The notes: generated by a model not told the origin, from the letters alone. A stretch of DNA of 64,000 nt from Gnetum montanum (GCA_015680685.1 MNCI01000307.1:201968-265967), one strand, 5' to 3'; positions 26,401 to 39,958 are shown, counted from the stretch's first letter. Numbers and translations: made by a program.

Positions 26401-28500
26401 AATTGCATGTAGGCAATGTTAAATGTTGTACAAACCATGCCTTCTGCATGTAATTACACCTTGTGCCACTGTATGCGATGTATGGAACTTTTTTCTTCTC
26501 AATTTTCTCAAACGTGTTTTCCTTTGATATTTCCAAGGAAAGATCATAGACTCCTAGGAATGCATCAATTGTGCTTAGCCATGCTCTTCCCATTATGATT
26601 TGGAATTCCCCCTTACCGTTGTTCACTTGAATCACTAGGAACTTAGCTAGATACGACCACCAATGGTGACAATGTCCTTCACTAGCCCTAATGGGACAGT
26701 GATGGACTGGTCAACCAACTCTAAAGAAATGTTACTCTTTTTTAGTGGAGGTAGGTTCCAAGCTTTATACATTTCTTGAGATATTAGGTTGACACTAGAA
26801 CTTGAATCCAAAAGAGCCTTGCATGATTCATTCCCAGCGATTTGTAAATATATTAGAGGACTTCTAGGATTAGAAAATTTCCTAGGAAGATGGTTTGCCT
26901 TAATCCAATCGGTGACGACATAAGTTAACATGACCATATGTATTGGGCACGGTGTTTAGCCTGAAGGGAGTTTCAAAGTTTTAATTAGTAATGAGACATT
27001 TAAAGAATTAGCCACTTGTGTTTACAAGGGCTTAGTTGGACTGTTGGTTCTGAAGAAAGGTTTCTTCTTCATGCAGCTGTCAAAACCAACAGTAGATTGA
27101 GATTTAACAACCCTTGTAGTGATATGTTGCTACGACTAGGTAGGGAGTTCACCTTGCATAGTTGGAGCAAGTGGTAATGGAGATATAGGTGGAAGAGGTA
27201 TAGCCGAATGGGAAGGCTAGTATGTCTATGGAACATCACCCCTACAAGAAGGAGTCCTATAGTACTCATGGGCTTGGTAGTGATGTGACCAGTAGAGTCA
27301 CATGGTGAGGTTGGCTACTACACGTAATATCCATATGGGTTAGGTTGTTGGTAAGGATATTGTTACTGTGGTGGTGGCATTCCCCATGATTGTGCATATT
27401 ACCACTATTGATACTACTCGATTGGTTGTGGTGGAGTTCCACTTGGATAATATGTTAAGGGTTGGTGGAACTACCTTAGGTTACCTTAAGGATAAGGTAA
27501 CCTTCAGGCTTTTTTCCTTTTGTTTAATCATGGGTTGAGTGCATACACCCCAGACTCCTATAGATGTGAGATTACAGATCAACATCCCATAGGATGGTCA
27601 TATTGGCATATCTCGCATCCACTATCATTGTCTATATCTGAATCCACAACCTCTTCGATGATGGCAACTTTGTCCTTACCCTTGTTACATGCATATTTTT
27701 CTTCTCTCTTTTTTTTCTATTCACTACCTTGCTCTCTAGACTCCTCTACTATTTTGAGAATAGTTTGAAATTTATCATCTAGGGAGTCCCACATTTGGTC
27801 CACCTTTTTAGATACTTTTGATGCAAGTTTTTGAATGGGTAAAGTTTTCCTATTCACCATCTCTTTAAGTGGTGACTCTTCTTCATCCTCACAAAATCTT
27901 ACTTCCTTCTTTCAGAGGCAAGGATCTCTGTTATATTCCTCCACACTTTCTCTTTTCCATAACTCACCTTCCTCTTTAGCAACTTGCTCCAATAATCTTT
28001 GTACTTGATGGGTCCTAAGCTTGGATAATCTTCCTTGAGCATAAGTCCCAAGGTTTCTTTGTGTTTCATGCCTAAGCCCATCTATGAGATGGCGTAGTTG
28101 ATCCCTCTGCGAATAACCATGGCTAGGACAACGATGTAACAATGCATAATATCGGCCCATGGTAGCATCCAAGGGTTCATGTCCTCCTTGTTTCCAGCCT
28201 TGGTTTTTCTTTCACAGGCTGGACACTCAGGAGTACATTTGGTACTTATCATTGAACAATTCTAACATGGTACTCCACCTACGAATGGATTTTGGTTCTA
28301 AGGACTAGTACTAACTTTCTGCTTCTTTGATTAGTGTTTGTGGAAACAAATTTAATTTTTTCCATTCATTTTCTATGTTTTGGAAGGCAAATGCATCATG
28401 AAATGCTTGTAGATGATTTTAAGGATCAGTGTTGTATCCCCCTTCAAATCATGAGATATTTTTCATGTCCAATCTCTTGATCCTACTATCCTTTTGGTGC
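23420..28500 (-). pseudogene. Ty3/gypsy gag-pol polyprotein, decayed
   Basis: gag (RCPSHGYSQRDQL, ORF 27912-28172); protease ALLDSSSSVNLI (26647-26937); RT IYPIADSEWVSPLVIVPKK..KWRMCINFR..GYNQIKIALEDQAKTMFTSPWGTFAY (25564-25908); RNase H DASNYALGAVL; integrase FDIWGIDFMGP..VDYFTKW (24058-24312). Confidence 0.92.
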
Positions 28501-29590
28501 CTTGTCGGGATCCTAATGACCTCAGTTATATCTAACATACTTTGAGTAGCAAGTAGTGATTCATCGTGATTGTCTTGTCTATGACGTATATGATGCCCAT
28601 GTTGTTCCCTACTCTCCCTTCTTTCATAGTGTTTTTCTCTAGAGTTCCCTCATCCCCTTTGTCAACTATTTTATCTATGACTCCCATTTCACCTGCCCTT
28701 ATCCTCATGGTCTTTTTCTTTGTGACTACATCTAGATCCTGAAGAAGAGGGTGAAGGAGATGATGAAGGTGAAGAAGAAGGAGGATCATCACCATGTTGG
28801 TGTCTACTTCCTTCTCTTCAGTGGTTGCGACCTTAATCGCAGTTACAATTAGAATGTCCATCTTTGTCATGTGTTCATGTTTCTTTTTCATACCCTTTAT
28901 GTTTATCAGGACTAGAATATGGGTTATGGATAGTTGAGTAAAGATTCTAATACACAACCCCTTAACTAGAGTCAACAACAGGAACATCATTATGTGCGCG
29001 ACTACTGGAGGCATGTTCACCACCCTTATTTTCTCTTAGGACATGTGGGACATTCTGCAACAACATTCTCTTCATGGATTCATGATGTTTCTTCTATTGT
29101 AAATCCCTTTGACATTGTACCACCATGGGTTGATACTCTCTTGAGTCATTATCATGCACAATGTACTTTGCCTATAAGTTTTGCATACCAATTCATCTGA
29201 GATCACAAAGAAGCATGCCCAAGACTGAGCGATCGAGAGATAACACTATGTTACCTTCTAAATCTTTCCAACACAGTTGTTCATCCTGGTGGAGGATAAA
29301 GGTAAATTTTGGTATATACTCATCAGGATGAACATATACCACATGAAACTATTGAGGGACTGGCAAATTATCATGTGTACTATGCCTTCGATTGTTCCCT
29401 ATATTAGACCTAGGTAGTGAAACATTTTTGTATGAAGAAAGAGACATGATTGTCTATTCAATGTGTAATGTATTATATATTATTATTATTATTTCTTGTA
29501 ACTAACCCTAAGGGGTCGTTTTAATGGTGAGAAAGATTTCTTAAGTTCTAATTAGCACACAAACAATAAAGTCCTTAGTAATGGCACCAA

Positions 29591-30267
29591 TGATGAGCAG
29601 CGAGGTATCCCTACGCTCAACCATACGAATACGAGCGTCCACACACGATTCGGTCGAATTCCAAGCACTAAGTGCTTATGTGCCTTTGTGGAACAAGGAT
29701 GGGTTGATCAATCATTGTCTTTCCAAGCTTACTTGTATAGCATGATTGTATGGTTAACTAAACTTGAGGTATATGATTTTTATAGTTTTTATGTCCTAGT
29801 GCTACAAAGGGATGAGAGAGATAACTAAGTAACTAATTTTGATTTAACTACTCAGCTATGCTTTAACTAGTTCTAAAACCAGTATTCATTCTCACTTGCC
29901 ATACACATCCTAAACCAGTGCAACACTACTGGGATTACCAAATGCTAATCGTTACTAGGTTACCAAGNAGGTTTATCATAATGTTCATCTTTATTGTCGT
30001 ACACAAGGTGTGCTTAGGTACACAATGCTCGAATAAAGATCCATTCACTTTATGACTCCTACTGCAGGCACTCAAAAATAATTCTATCTCTAGAAAGGGA
30101 AAAAGGCAAGAGTTTGGGTAAGGGACTAAGTCTAACTATGCAAACCAAGTGCACCCACCTCTTATTTATAGGCAAAGAGGCAAGCCCCAATATTGCGTAC
30201 ATGATATCACTTGGAAGGCTCTGATATCGTGTACCCAATATCGTGGATGTGATATTGCAGCTCATCA
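29591..30267 (-). repeat. 5' LTR of the Athila-like element (contains an assembly N at 29968)
   Basis: Direct repeat of 20841-21676 with TG...CA termini; the PBS is immediately internal. Confidence 0.92.
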
Positions 30268-31196
30268 TATATGATAGAGGACAAGAGTGCAAAGGAGAGT
30301 ACTAGTGCAACAAAACTATTTCCCAAGTTTTCATAGTGGATCATTTTGAAAATATATTTTAGGAATGGATTTTTGAATTGCTACATGTAGGTTTTGCAAA
30401 CTTAGACACAATTTTTTAATTCAATCAAGTATAGGTGAATAGGGGATTCAAATAAATACTTGGGCAAAATCAAAGGCCAAAAATTTGTGGAAATTATAAT
30501 GAATCCCACTAACCCGAAAGAATACTCCAAGAAAGCAATCTTAAATGGTGATGTAAAGATATTTTCTGATAGAGTTTTCTATTGGCCACACTACATTTGC
30601 ATCATCAAAACTACCAACAAAGACATCATGTTATTCTCTCTTTCCAAACTCACTGGTCATGCGAGTAGCAGATTTGAGTCTATAATTAACAAAATGTCAT
30701 GCCCTTGCAATACCACCTTTATTAATGCAATTATAATGTTTTGAAGTTACCTTGTTCTAGTATTCTATTTCACAACCATAACATGACATATATTGCTTAA
30801 ATAATGTAGATGGACACTTCTAAAAGACAAGGCTATGTACACCAAAATGAAAGAGTATGTGCAAAACAATAACACGGCATCACACAATACATAGTTTCAA
30901 GCCATTGCACTGCTAAGGACTATTATCCAGGGTTACCAAGAAAACATAGACAACCAAAATATTTTTGATTTGGGATATGATGAACTACAATGGTGCTAGA
31001 GGAAGATTGTAGATCTTTTTAGAAGACTAATCATTTCACCTTGCAAAGCATGAGTTCTAGGTACTGTTACTTTCTCAAGAAAGTTATGCAACAAGTTGAA
31101 GGTAACTCCATCAATTATGTTAATCTAAGTTTATGAACATAGAATATGTGAGTGATTAAAAGTTAAAGCCAAGAGATGTGTTTCATGTGTAGGGTA

Positions 31197-31588
31197 TGTA
31201 AGACAAATTTTTTGAATTTCAAAAGAAATTTACATGCATAGATAACCAAAAATGCACAATGTAGAAGCAAATGGAACTAACCTCCAGCCATTGATGCCTT
31301 GAATTAAACTTGGCATTTGGATTCTTATTTCACACTTGTGCTCTACAACAATGATGTATGCAACCTCTAAGCATCTGTGAAAGGGGCCAAAACTACAATC
31401 CTGTTGTGATTCATGGTGCCTTTGTTCTCCCGTCAAGAATAAATTTATAGGCCACAGAATCAATTACCATGAAAAATTAGAAAAAAATAAGAGACCCAAT
31501 GCCAATGCATAAATGCATTACCAGATATGGAGGCCAGCTTGATGCATTAATGTACGCATAAACATGGAAGCACATAACGCATGTTATA
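31197..31588 (-). repeat. copia 3' LTR
   Basis: Direct repeat of 36558-36948. Confidence 0.93.
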
Positions 31589-31876
31589 ATCTCTCACTTG
31601 GTCTCCATATTTAATCAAGTCTAAAGTTTAAGAAATAAATGCATGAATCTTGGTGATAGTTCCTCTTAATGTGAGTATTATCTCCCATATATTACAATGC
31701 ATTATCTCTCAAACATAATTTCTTATATGGTAACTAGATTTATAAATAAACCAATGTTTATTCTGGGTCTTACCATATGTGAATTTTCTCTCATAACTGT
31801 ATGTGCAAACCATATAGGAAAATAGCATAACTGAATAAGAGTTTCATTAAGATTGTAAAGTTGTATGTACAACAAA

Positions 31877-34800
31877 TTACATTATGGAATCAAGTCTCAT
31901 CCAAACTACATGATCCTTAAATGAATTTGGTGGCATTCCTTTTATGAAAGGATTAGCTATCATTAATTCAGTACGTATATGCTCAATGACCACTTTTTTT
32001 TCCTTAATGTGTTCCCTTATGGTTAAGTACTTTATGTCAATGTTTTTACTTGGACTACCACTCTTATTATTCTTAGCCATAAAGATAGTAGTTGAATTGT
32101 TACAAAACATTCTTAATGGCCTAGATATAGAATCCACAATTCTAAGACCTAATATAAAACTCTTTAACCATACACCATGTGAAGTAGCCTCTGTCTCCAT
32201 GATGGAATTAGCAACCAAAGGTTGCCTTCCACTCCTCTAACTAGCATAAAAACATAACCAAATGTTAATTTTTGTAAATCAACACAGCTAGCAAAGTATA
32301 AATCGGAGTATCTAGTCACCTCCAAGGAGTCAGTTTGTTTATACATAAGCATGTAATCTTTTGTACCTTGAAGGTACCTCATCACTTTCTTTGTAGTCCT
32401 CCAATTGGTCAATACTTGGATTACTCTAATATTTGGCCAACATTCCCATAGCAAATGCAATGTCAAGTCTTGTGCAAACCTGAGCATATGTAAGGCTTCC
32501 AACAGCTAAAGCATAATGAATGTTGCTCATCTGACCTTTCTCTAAATCATTCCTAGGGCACTAGTTCAAATTGAACTTGTCATCCTTCATAATGGGTGCT
32601 ATACTTGGTGAACAGTCTTTCATCCGAAACCTCTCTAAAACTTTATTGATATAGGTTTTCTACGATAGTCCCAGAATACCTGTAGATTTTTCCCTATGGA
32701 TCTCAATGTCAATGACCTAAAATGCCTCACCCATATCCTTCATGTCAAAATTCTTAGAGAGAAAATGTTTTACCTCATATAGAAATCCACTATTATTAGT
32801 TACAAGAAGGATATCATTGACATATAGAACAAGGAAATAGATTTTGCTCCCACTAACCCTCTGGTATATACATTAATCCATGATGTTTTTTCTCAAAACT
32901 AAATGAAGTGATGATATCATGTAATTTTAAGTACCATTGATAGGAGGCCTATTTCAATCCATATATGGATTTCTTGAGATTCATACCAATTTCTCATGAT
33001 CACTAAAGGAAAATCCTTCAAGTTGTTTCATATAAACCTCTTCCTCTAGATCACCATTAAGGAATGTTTTCTTCACATCCATTTGATGTAATTTAAGATC
33101 AAAATGGGCAACCAATTCCATGATAACACGAAGGGAGTCCTTCCTAGATATAGGAGAAAAGGTCTCCTTGTAATCTATTCCCTCTTTCTAAGTGAACCCT
33201 TTAGCGACAAGTCTGTCCTTATATCTTTCAATGTTTCCCAATGAGTCTTTCTTAGTCTTGAAGACCCATTTTCATCCAATGGCATTTACAAGATCAAGCA
33301 AATTTACAAGATCTTAAACTTCATTAGATGACATATAGTTCATCTCATCTTTCATGACATCATATCACAAGTTAAATTTGTTACAACTCATGGCTTGTGA
33401 AAATGTTTCAAGATCATTTTTGGCTCCTATGTTGTAGTTAGACTCCTATAGATACACCATATAGTCACTAGGAATTTCTAATTTCCTTACTCTAGTAGAT
33501 CTTCTTAATGTTGGTTCATCATACTTATGAGGATCATGATGTTCAATAGGCTATTCAACAAGTTCTAGTATCTATTGTTCAGCTGGATCTGCTACTTCTT
33601 GATCAATAGTTTGTGGAACTTCAATGATTGGTTGTTGTCCATTATGCATTTGTGCTCTAGGCATATTGTGCACAATAATTAGTCTATCATTTGAAGTACC
33701 AAGTTGAGCATTTGTATGATCCATCTTAGAAACAATGTTCCAAGATCTACTGCTCCTACTAATCAATTCATTCTCAAGAAATTTAGCATTCCTTAATTCC
33801 ACAAACCTACTAGTATGTGATGGGCAATAAAATTTGTATCCCTTAGAATGTTTAGCATATCCAACGAAATACCCACTTATGGTCCTTGGGTCTAGCTTTT
33901 GTTTTTGTGTATTATAGACTCTTACTTCAGATGAGCATTCCCAAATGCATATATGTCACAAACTCAGTTTTCAACCTTTGCATAATTCAAATGGCATCTT
34001 TGAGATAGCCTTGGTTGGAACTCAGTTTAATATATACACCACCATCTTGAGAGCTTCAGTCCACAACGACTTAGGAAGCTCGGAGTTGCTAAGCATACTC
34101 TACACCATGTTCAATAATGTTTGGTTTCTTCTTTCTGCCACACCATTCTAGTCTGGAGAACTAGGCATAGTGTACTAGGCAAAAATTCCATGCTCTTGAA
34201 GAAATTTAGTAAATGGACCACGTGCTTGTCCATCATCATTATATCTACCATAGTATTCACCACCTCTATCAGATCTCACTAACTTTATTTTCTTACCGCA
34301 TTGTTTCTCTACTTCAACCTTAAACATCTTAAATGCATCTAAGCTTTGCTCTTGTTATGAGGTAGGTAGAGATACATATATCATGAGTAATCATCAATAA
34401 AGGTAATGAAATACTTTTGACCATACGCATCCATATCTGGACTACAAATATCTGTATCTATGATCTCTAATATGTCTGAACTCCTCTTGGCACCTTTCTT
34501 TGACATATTGGTCTACTTTCCCTTTATGCAATCCACACAAGTGTCAAAATTAGTAAAATCTAAAGTACCAAGTACTCCATCATTTACTAATCTCTTTATT
34601 CTCTCAATAGATATATGTCCTAATCTACAATGCCACAACATAAAGGATTCATCATTCATAACACATCTCTTAATGCCAACTTGAACATGCATAGAAGTAT
34701 AAAAGGTTTCTGTTTGTAAATTAATGTTGAAAAGACCATCTATCAATGTACCACTTCCAATAATTTCAAATCTATAATATAGACTGAATATAGTGTTTGA

Positions 34801-35900
34801 AAAATTAAAGAAAAATCCCAATGATACAAGCCTTAAAAAAAATTAAATTCCTTGAAAAACTTGGAATATAAAATATCTTTTCCAACTCTAATACAAAACC
34901 ACTGCTTTAAACTAATTTGCATGTTCCAATTGCCTTCACATGTGAGCACATCTTGTTGTTTGAATAGATGCATGACTCACTTCCCACTAGTTTCCTTAGG
35001 TTTTGCACCCCTTGCAAGGAATTGGTAGCATGGATTGTAGAACCAAAGTCAATCCACCATGTGTCATGACCAACATCAACCATATTACATTCAAAATAAA
35101 TAAGTGAGAGTTAAGTACCTTTCTTTTCAAGTCATTTCTAATATTTAGGAAAATCCTTCTTTATGTGACCTTTCCTTTTGTAAAAAAAGCATCTAAATTC
35201 CTTTTTAATATCAGCTTGTGTAGGTAATTTGACCTTCCACTTGCCTTTGGCTTTTTCTTTATTCTTTTCTTGTGTGACCAAATACACACTTTCTTTCACT
35301 TCTATTGCAATTCTACCCTCTTCTTACACACACATGGTCATTAGTTCATTAATTGACCATTTGTCCCTATGTGTGTTATAAGAAATCTTAAGGGTAAGTA
35401 TTGTGGTGTGAGCATGTTTAAGATGTAGTGCACAAGGAAAGATTATGACATCTTAACCTCAAGTGTTTTGAGTTAAGCCACTATATGCCTCATTTTGCAT
35501 GATGTGCTCACACACATCACAAATTTTGGTGAGCTTTATGAATAGAACTTCATTATTAAGGTGCTAGCCAACACTTCGTCTGATGACTCAAATTGTTCAT
35601 CAATTGCCTTTAACAAAACATGCACATTGTCATACTATTCCAGTGAACCACACATACCAGCTAAGATCTTGGTTTTTATGAACATGCACAAAGACGATTA
35701 GATTGCTCCCATTTTTCATAATTACCAATATCATTTGGATGGCTAGTTGTTGTAACAGTAAGTGATTGATCCTTACAAATAGCATAATCAATGTCCATCT
35801 AGCCTAAATGAAGAAGAATTCTCTCCTCCACACCTTATAATTATCACCCTTTAATTCAGGAATGTCACATTTAAAATCAAAGTAGCTTACAAGTTGTACA
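31877..35900 (-). pseudogene. Ty1/copia gag-pol polyprotein, decayed
   Basis: gag DIPELKGDNYKVW; protease WWIDFGSTIH; GAG-pre-integrase LWHCRLGHISIERIKRLV..CVDCIKGK; integrase RSDRGGEYYG; RT HQMDVKKTFLNGDLEEEVYMKQ; RNase H SKNIDIKYLTIREH..MIANPFIKG. Confidence 0.93.
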
Positions 35901-36557
35901 ACTGCATAATTAAACATGTTTATGTCACTAAATTTGAGGTTAAAATACCATAAGACATGTTTACCAATGTAAATCATGAAAAAATATAAATCAAACGACA
36001 TAAAATTGCCTATGGGCTAAATTTTAATTCAAACATGTTTATATATCTTTATGATGAAACTATTAAATTATATTCCTTTTCTTAATCCCTATGGAAAAAT
36101 TAAGCAAAATAATTTAACATATCATCCTAATTAATCATATTAAATACAATAAAACTTCCTGTGGGATAAAGTTTATTATATTACATATGATTAATCACAA
36201 TTTAATTTTCCATAAGTGATCTAAAACTTTTTAACAATTTTGCATAATTAAAGATGTTGTGGCTACTTTCTAATCATACAAAAAAAAAATATCTCAAGTT
36301 ACAATTTTATGCAAGAAAAACTATGCATTACAAAATTTTTAATATTCTTTAAATAAAAAAACTTTATGCATAGTTCAAAACCCCAAAATATCACCTAAAC
36401 GGGCACCCATCATGCCTTGCAAAAAAAACCCACACAAACCAACATTGTAGAGGTTAGTAATTTTATAGGGACATTCATCACAATCATAAATAGGCCTTCC
36501 ACTTATTAATCGGTAATAGCATCAAGACAAAGATAGAGATGAGGCTCCGATACCACA

Positions 36558-36948
36558 TGTGAGACAAAATTTATGGTTTGCACAAAAAATTTACATGCTT
36601 AAATAATCGAAAATAAACAATGCAAAAGCAAAATGGAACTAACCTCCAACCATTAATGCCTTGAATTAAACTTGGCATTTGGATTCTTCTTTCACACCAG
36701 CACTCTACAATGATGGTGTATGCAACCTCTAAGTATCCATGAAAGGGACCAAAACTGCAATCCTGTTGTGATTCGTGGTGCCTTTGTTCTCCAATTAAGA
36801 ATAAATTTACAAGCCATGGAATCAGTTACCATGAGAAATTAGAAAAAAATAAGAGACCCAATGCCAATATGTAAACATGTTACCGAATATGGAGGCCACC
36901 TTGATGTGCTAATGTATGCAAACATGGAAATGCATAACGCATGTTACA
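36558..36948 (-). repeat. copia 5' LTR
   Basis: Direct repeat of 31197-31588, TG...CA, adjacent to the PBS. Confidence 0.93.
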
Positions 36949-37083
36949 GGGTATGCATGGATGACATGCAACTGGGATGATGACTACACACAAGTGTTTT
37001 TGGATGTTGGAATCCAAGCCCAGAATAGTACCAACTTTAAAGGAAATCTCAATCAGGCCAGGATCAGTTCAGTGAAACAAAGG

Positions 37084-37378
37084 GATAAACATCAGGCATT
37101 TGGAGAAAGCTACAATTTTCATTAGCTAAGAAGGATTAGTGTCTAAAGGAAACATAACTTATTTATGGTCCAAGTATGTATGACCGTGTGTTTATACATA
37201 AGGAAGATTACCTTCTAGATTAACTCTTTGCCAGTTCTAAAGTTTAGCATGATAATCAACATTGTTGTTTATGTTTCATGCAAATGATAGGCTAGAAGCT
37301 ACTATGCAAAGGCTAACAAGTCTCTGCTCAGTAATAATGGGGGAAAATTTAATGGGTATTTTAACTAAAACTTTGTCT
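37084..37378. repeat. Duplicate of 16684-16879 joined to 18032-18139
   Basis: gataaacatc..gcatttggagaaagct..ttaactctttgccagttctaaa..tttcatgcaaatga followed by gaagctactatgca..gtctctgctcag..ctaaaactttgtct. Confidence 0.85.
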
Positions 37379-38579
37379 ATTTGTGTTTTTTTCCCATGCA
37401 CACAAAGATAGATTTGATTTCCTATCTAATGTATTTTTACTAAATAAATTAAGATTTCCTTTCTATACATGTGACATTTAAGAAATTGGAATCCATGCTT
37501 AAATAAATATCATGTTAAGGAAATAATTGAAATTTGATTAGTAATAATCCTTTCCAAAAGATAGAGCAAGAAAAATAAGAGAAAGTAGTAAAACAAAGAT
37601 TATATGGTAAACTCAAAAATTAAAACTTTTAAAAATTAAAGAGAAATAACAAGAATTAGAAAGATTGAAAGACAAATATGAAAATAATCTGTGAAAAAAT
37701 TGAAATCTAAACATTCATTGCAGAAAAAATAGAAAGTCTGTAGAGCCAAGATTCTGAGCACTCACAATGTTATACTTTTGCACGTTGATCAATTTGCTGT
37801 GAGCTTAACTTCCTTTCCTATGATTATGCAAAATTATTCTTATAGTCTAGGAAGAAAGATTAGCTACAAAAATCATTAGCTATGATGAGTGAGTTCCCAT
37901 CGAAATATAGAACATATGATAATGACATTTCTTGCGTGGATTTGGAGGATTCGACCAACAATAGATGCCACAATACAGATCATTATCAATTTATGACTTA
38001 TGTGCCATCATTGATTTTCAATCCACTTGCAAATTAGATAGAAGTTTTTAACCGAACATGTTTATTTCTTTGAATAAATGATACCATTTACATCAATGAA
38101 AAGCTATGCATCAAAAGAATCTAATTCGTGGAAGCGAGGAATCGAGGATTCGTGATTCTGAACATGTTTGGGTATGTGTGCCTTAAGAAAAAGTGGGGAC
38201 AAGTTCATGGTTGGGGACATGATAGAAAAAATTTAAATACATTAGTTTTTTTAAAAAAAATTAAATCTCAAAATATTGTTAATGTTTAAAAATTGCACAA
38301 AAGATTGCAATATCACCATTAAACGGAATCAAGAAAATTTGCAAAGGTATAAAGGGCATCAAATCCATTTCCTTACTCAAGAGCCATAATCTAGCCAAAC
38401 ATATAATTTTTGCAACAACCATAATGATAGCAATAAAATGAAACCCTTTTTTTACTCAATCCAATCTTTCCAAGAATGAAATTAAGCCTCAAGCCTCAAC
38501 CAAATTTATAACAAATCACATTTGCTAATACTTTTGTTCAACAATGACCTATGAGTAGCATCATAGGGCCATGTTGAAG

Positions 38580-38830
38580 ATGACCACATTATAAGAAAAC
38601 ACAACTTAACTCAACTAGACACACCCCAATAGCTCACCTCCCCTACTAAGATTGAAAACCTTTCAAAAGTTGGGGAATTAGTACTAGTCATGAAGAAAGG
38701 AAAAGTAAAAATAGAGTGCCATGAGCTTGCATATGGGCATTGGCTATGTGCTAGTGGGCTTCATAGGCTCATAAGCAAACACATTAAAAAAAGTTGAACA
38801 AGTATTCATCCGTCATCATGACTCATGACC
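38580..38830 (-). repeat. Left arm of an inverted repeat pair flanking the PLAT gene
   Basis: The reverse complement aligns with 42690-42962 (tgtttgcttatgagc..gaagcccac..ccatatgcaag..catgactagt..aaaggttttc..gaggtgag..gttaagttgtg). Confidence 0.8.
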
Positions 38831-39074
38831 CATCAGCAGAGATGAGAAAAAGAGCATCCATCGGTCATCATGACTCATGACCATGACGATTCAGCAGAGA
38901 TATGAGAAAAAGAGCAAAAACCAGCTATGACCAATAAACACGCGTGAATGTGAGTCATGATGGAACCTTTGACGCTCCCAAAGGTGAATCTATGCAAATG
39001 TAATGTTTTCCTCGCACGCCCCGTCCAAAACTTGATTTCCGTATGAACCAAACTTGGCCCTTCGGTTACCAAAG

Positions 39075-39237
39075 TGGCGCTTTCGTGATTTTCGTGTGTT
39101 TGTTTATTCATTCGTACTCAGTTGTTTTCTGTGATCTTAATGAAATAAAGTTTCTGGCGCTTTCGTGATTTTCGTGTGTTTGTTTATTCATTCGTACTCA
39201 GTTGTTTTCTGTGATCTTAATGAAATAAAGTTTCTGG
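39075..39237. repeat. Perfect 80-bp tandem duplication
   Basis: tggcgctttcgtgattttcg...gaaataaagtttc occurs at 39075 and 39155. Confidence 0.9.
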
Positions 39238-39892
39238 TAAGATTAAGATTCAGAACAGGAAAAGATACGTAAGATTTTAATGCATAATTTTGATATCAGC
39301 ACAAGGCAAGAATACCAGGCAAAGCAAGACAAGGCGACCATTTCTATGTATATGTATAGATCCGAAGAAAATTTCATTGGTAGTGTTTGTGAGGCTCATG
39401 CATACTTTGAATAAATGATATTTGAATAAATGATATTATTTACATCAATGAAGAGCCATGGTTGTGGGACCTACTTCATAATACGTTATCAAAACTTGTG
39501 TTTGTGGGCTTTTGAACAGTACAAATTCATAATACGTAATCAAAACTTGTGTTTGTGGGCCTAGTTTCCCTCAGCAAATTATACAATCACATGCATACAT
39601 GGTCGGGTGTGCAGCTTTGGGCTACGTGTCAATTTGCAGTTTCAACATTGCATACCAGCCCAAAAAGTACGGCCTAGCATTACTGAGCCATTTTCGTCGT
39701 ATTCCTATGCTGTTCCATTTTTTACCCGTTTTGGATACCAACCCTTTATGGTTGGATTCACACGACTTTTGCCCCCCAAATTTTGAGCAAGTTGCTCCAC
39801 GTGAAAACTTTGTCCATATTGGGATCCAAGTGGAACGCATTCAACGGCTCCAAGTGGGCTAACATTTTGTGTGCAGCTCCATGGTTTCTCCC

Positions 39893-39900
39893 TTTATATA
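39893..39900 (+). promoter_or_regulatory. Candidate TATA box of the PLAT gene
   Basis: TTTATATA about 60 bp upstream of the ATG at 39959. Confidence 0.5.
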
Positions 39901-39958
39901 GGCCACCCCTTCATCACAGCTAGCTTAGAAGTAGAAACACAAACACACAGCATTAGCA

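Larger units (their letters stand above)
20841..30267 (-). mobile_element. Full-length decayed Ty3/gypsy LTR retrotransposon, Athila-like
   Basis: LTRs at 20841-21676 and 29591-30267; TSD TATGT/TATAT (one mismatch); PBS tggtgccattactaagga (decayed tRNA-Asp type) next to the 5' LTR; PPT gttgtgggggta; domain order gag, protease, RT, RNase H, integrase. Confidence 0.95.
20745..30364 (+). pseudogene. Chitinase-like (CTL) exon 1 fragment, copy B, split by the Ty3 insertion (20745-20840 + 30273-30364)
   Basis: After removing the element and one TSD it reads MTKAHQLFLVLTLLIMGLWFLEEALARKGKVC|DRGQECKGEY*CNKTISQVFIVDHFENIF*E, colinear with copy A. Confidence 0.85.
31197..36948 (-). mobile_element. Full-length decayed Ty1/copia LTR retrotransposon
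   Basis: LTRs at 31197-31588 and 36558-36948; perfect TSD GGGTA (31192-31196, 36949-36953); tRNA-iMet PBS TGGTATCGGAGCC (36543-36555); PPT aagtgagagat beside the left LTR. Confidence 0.96.
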
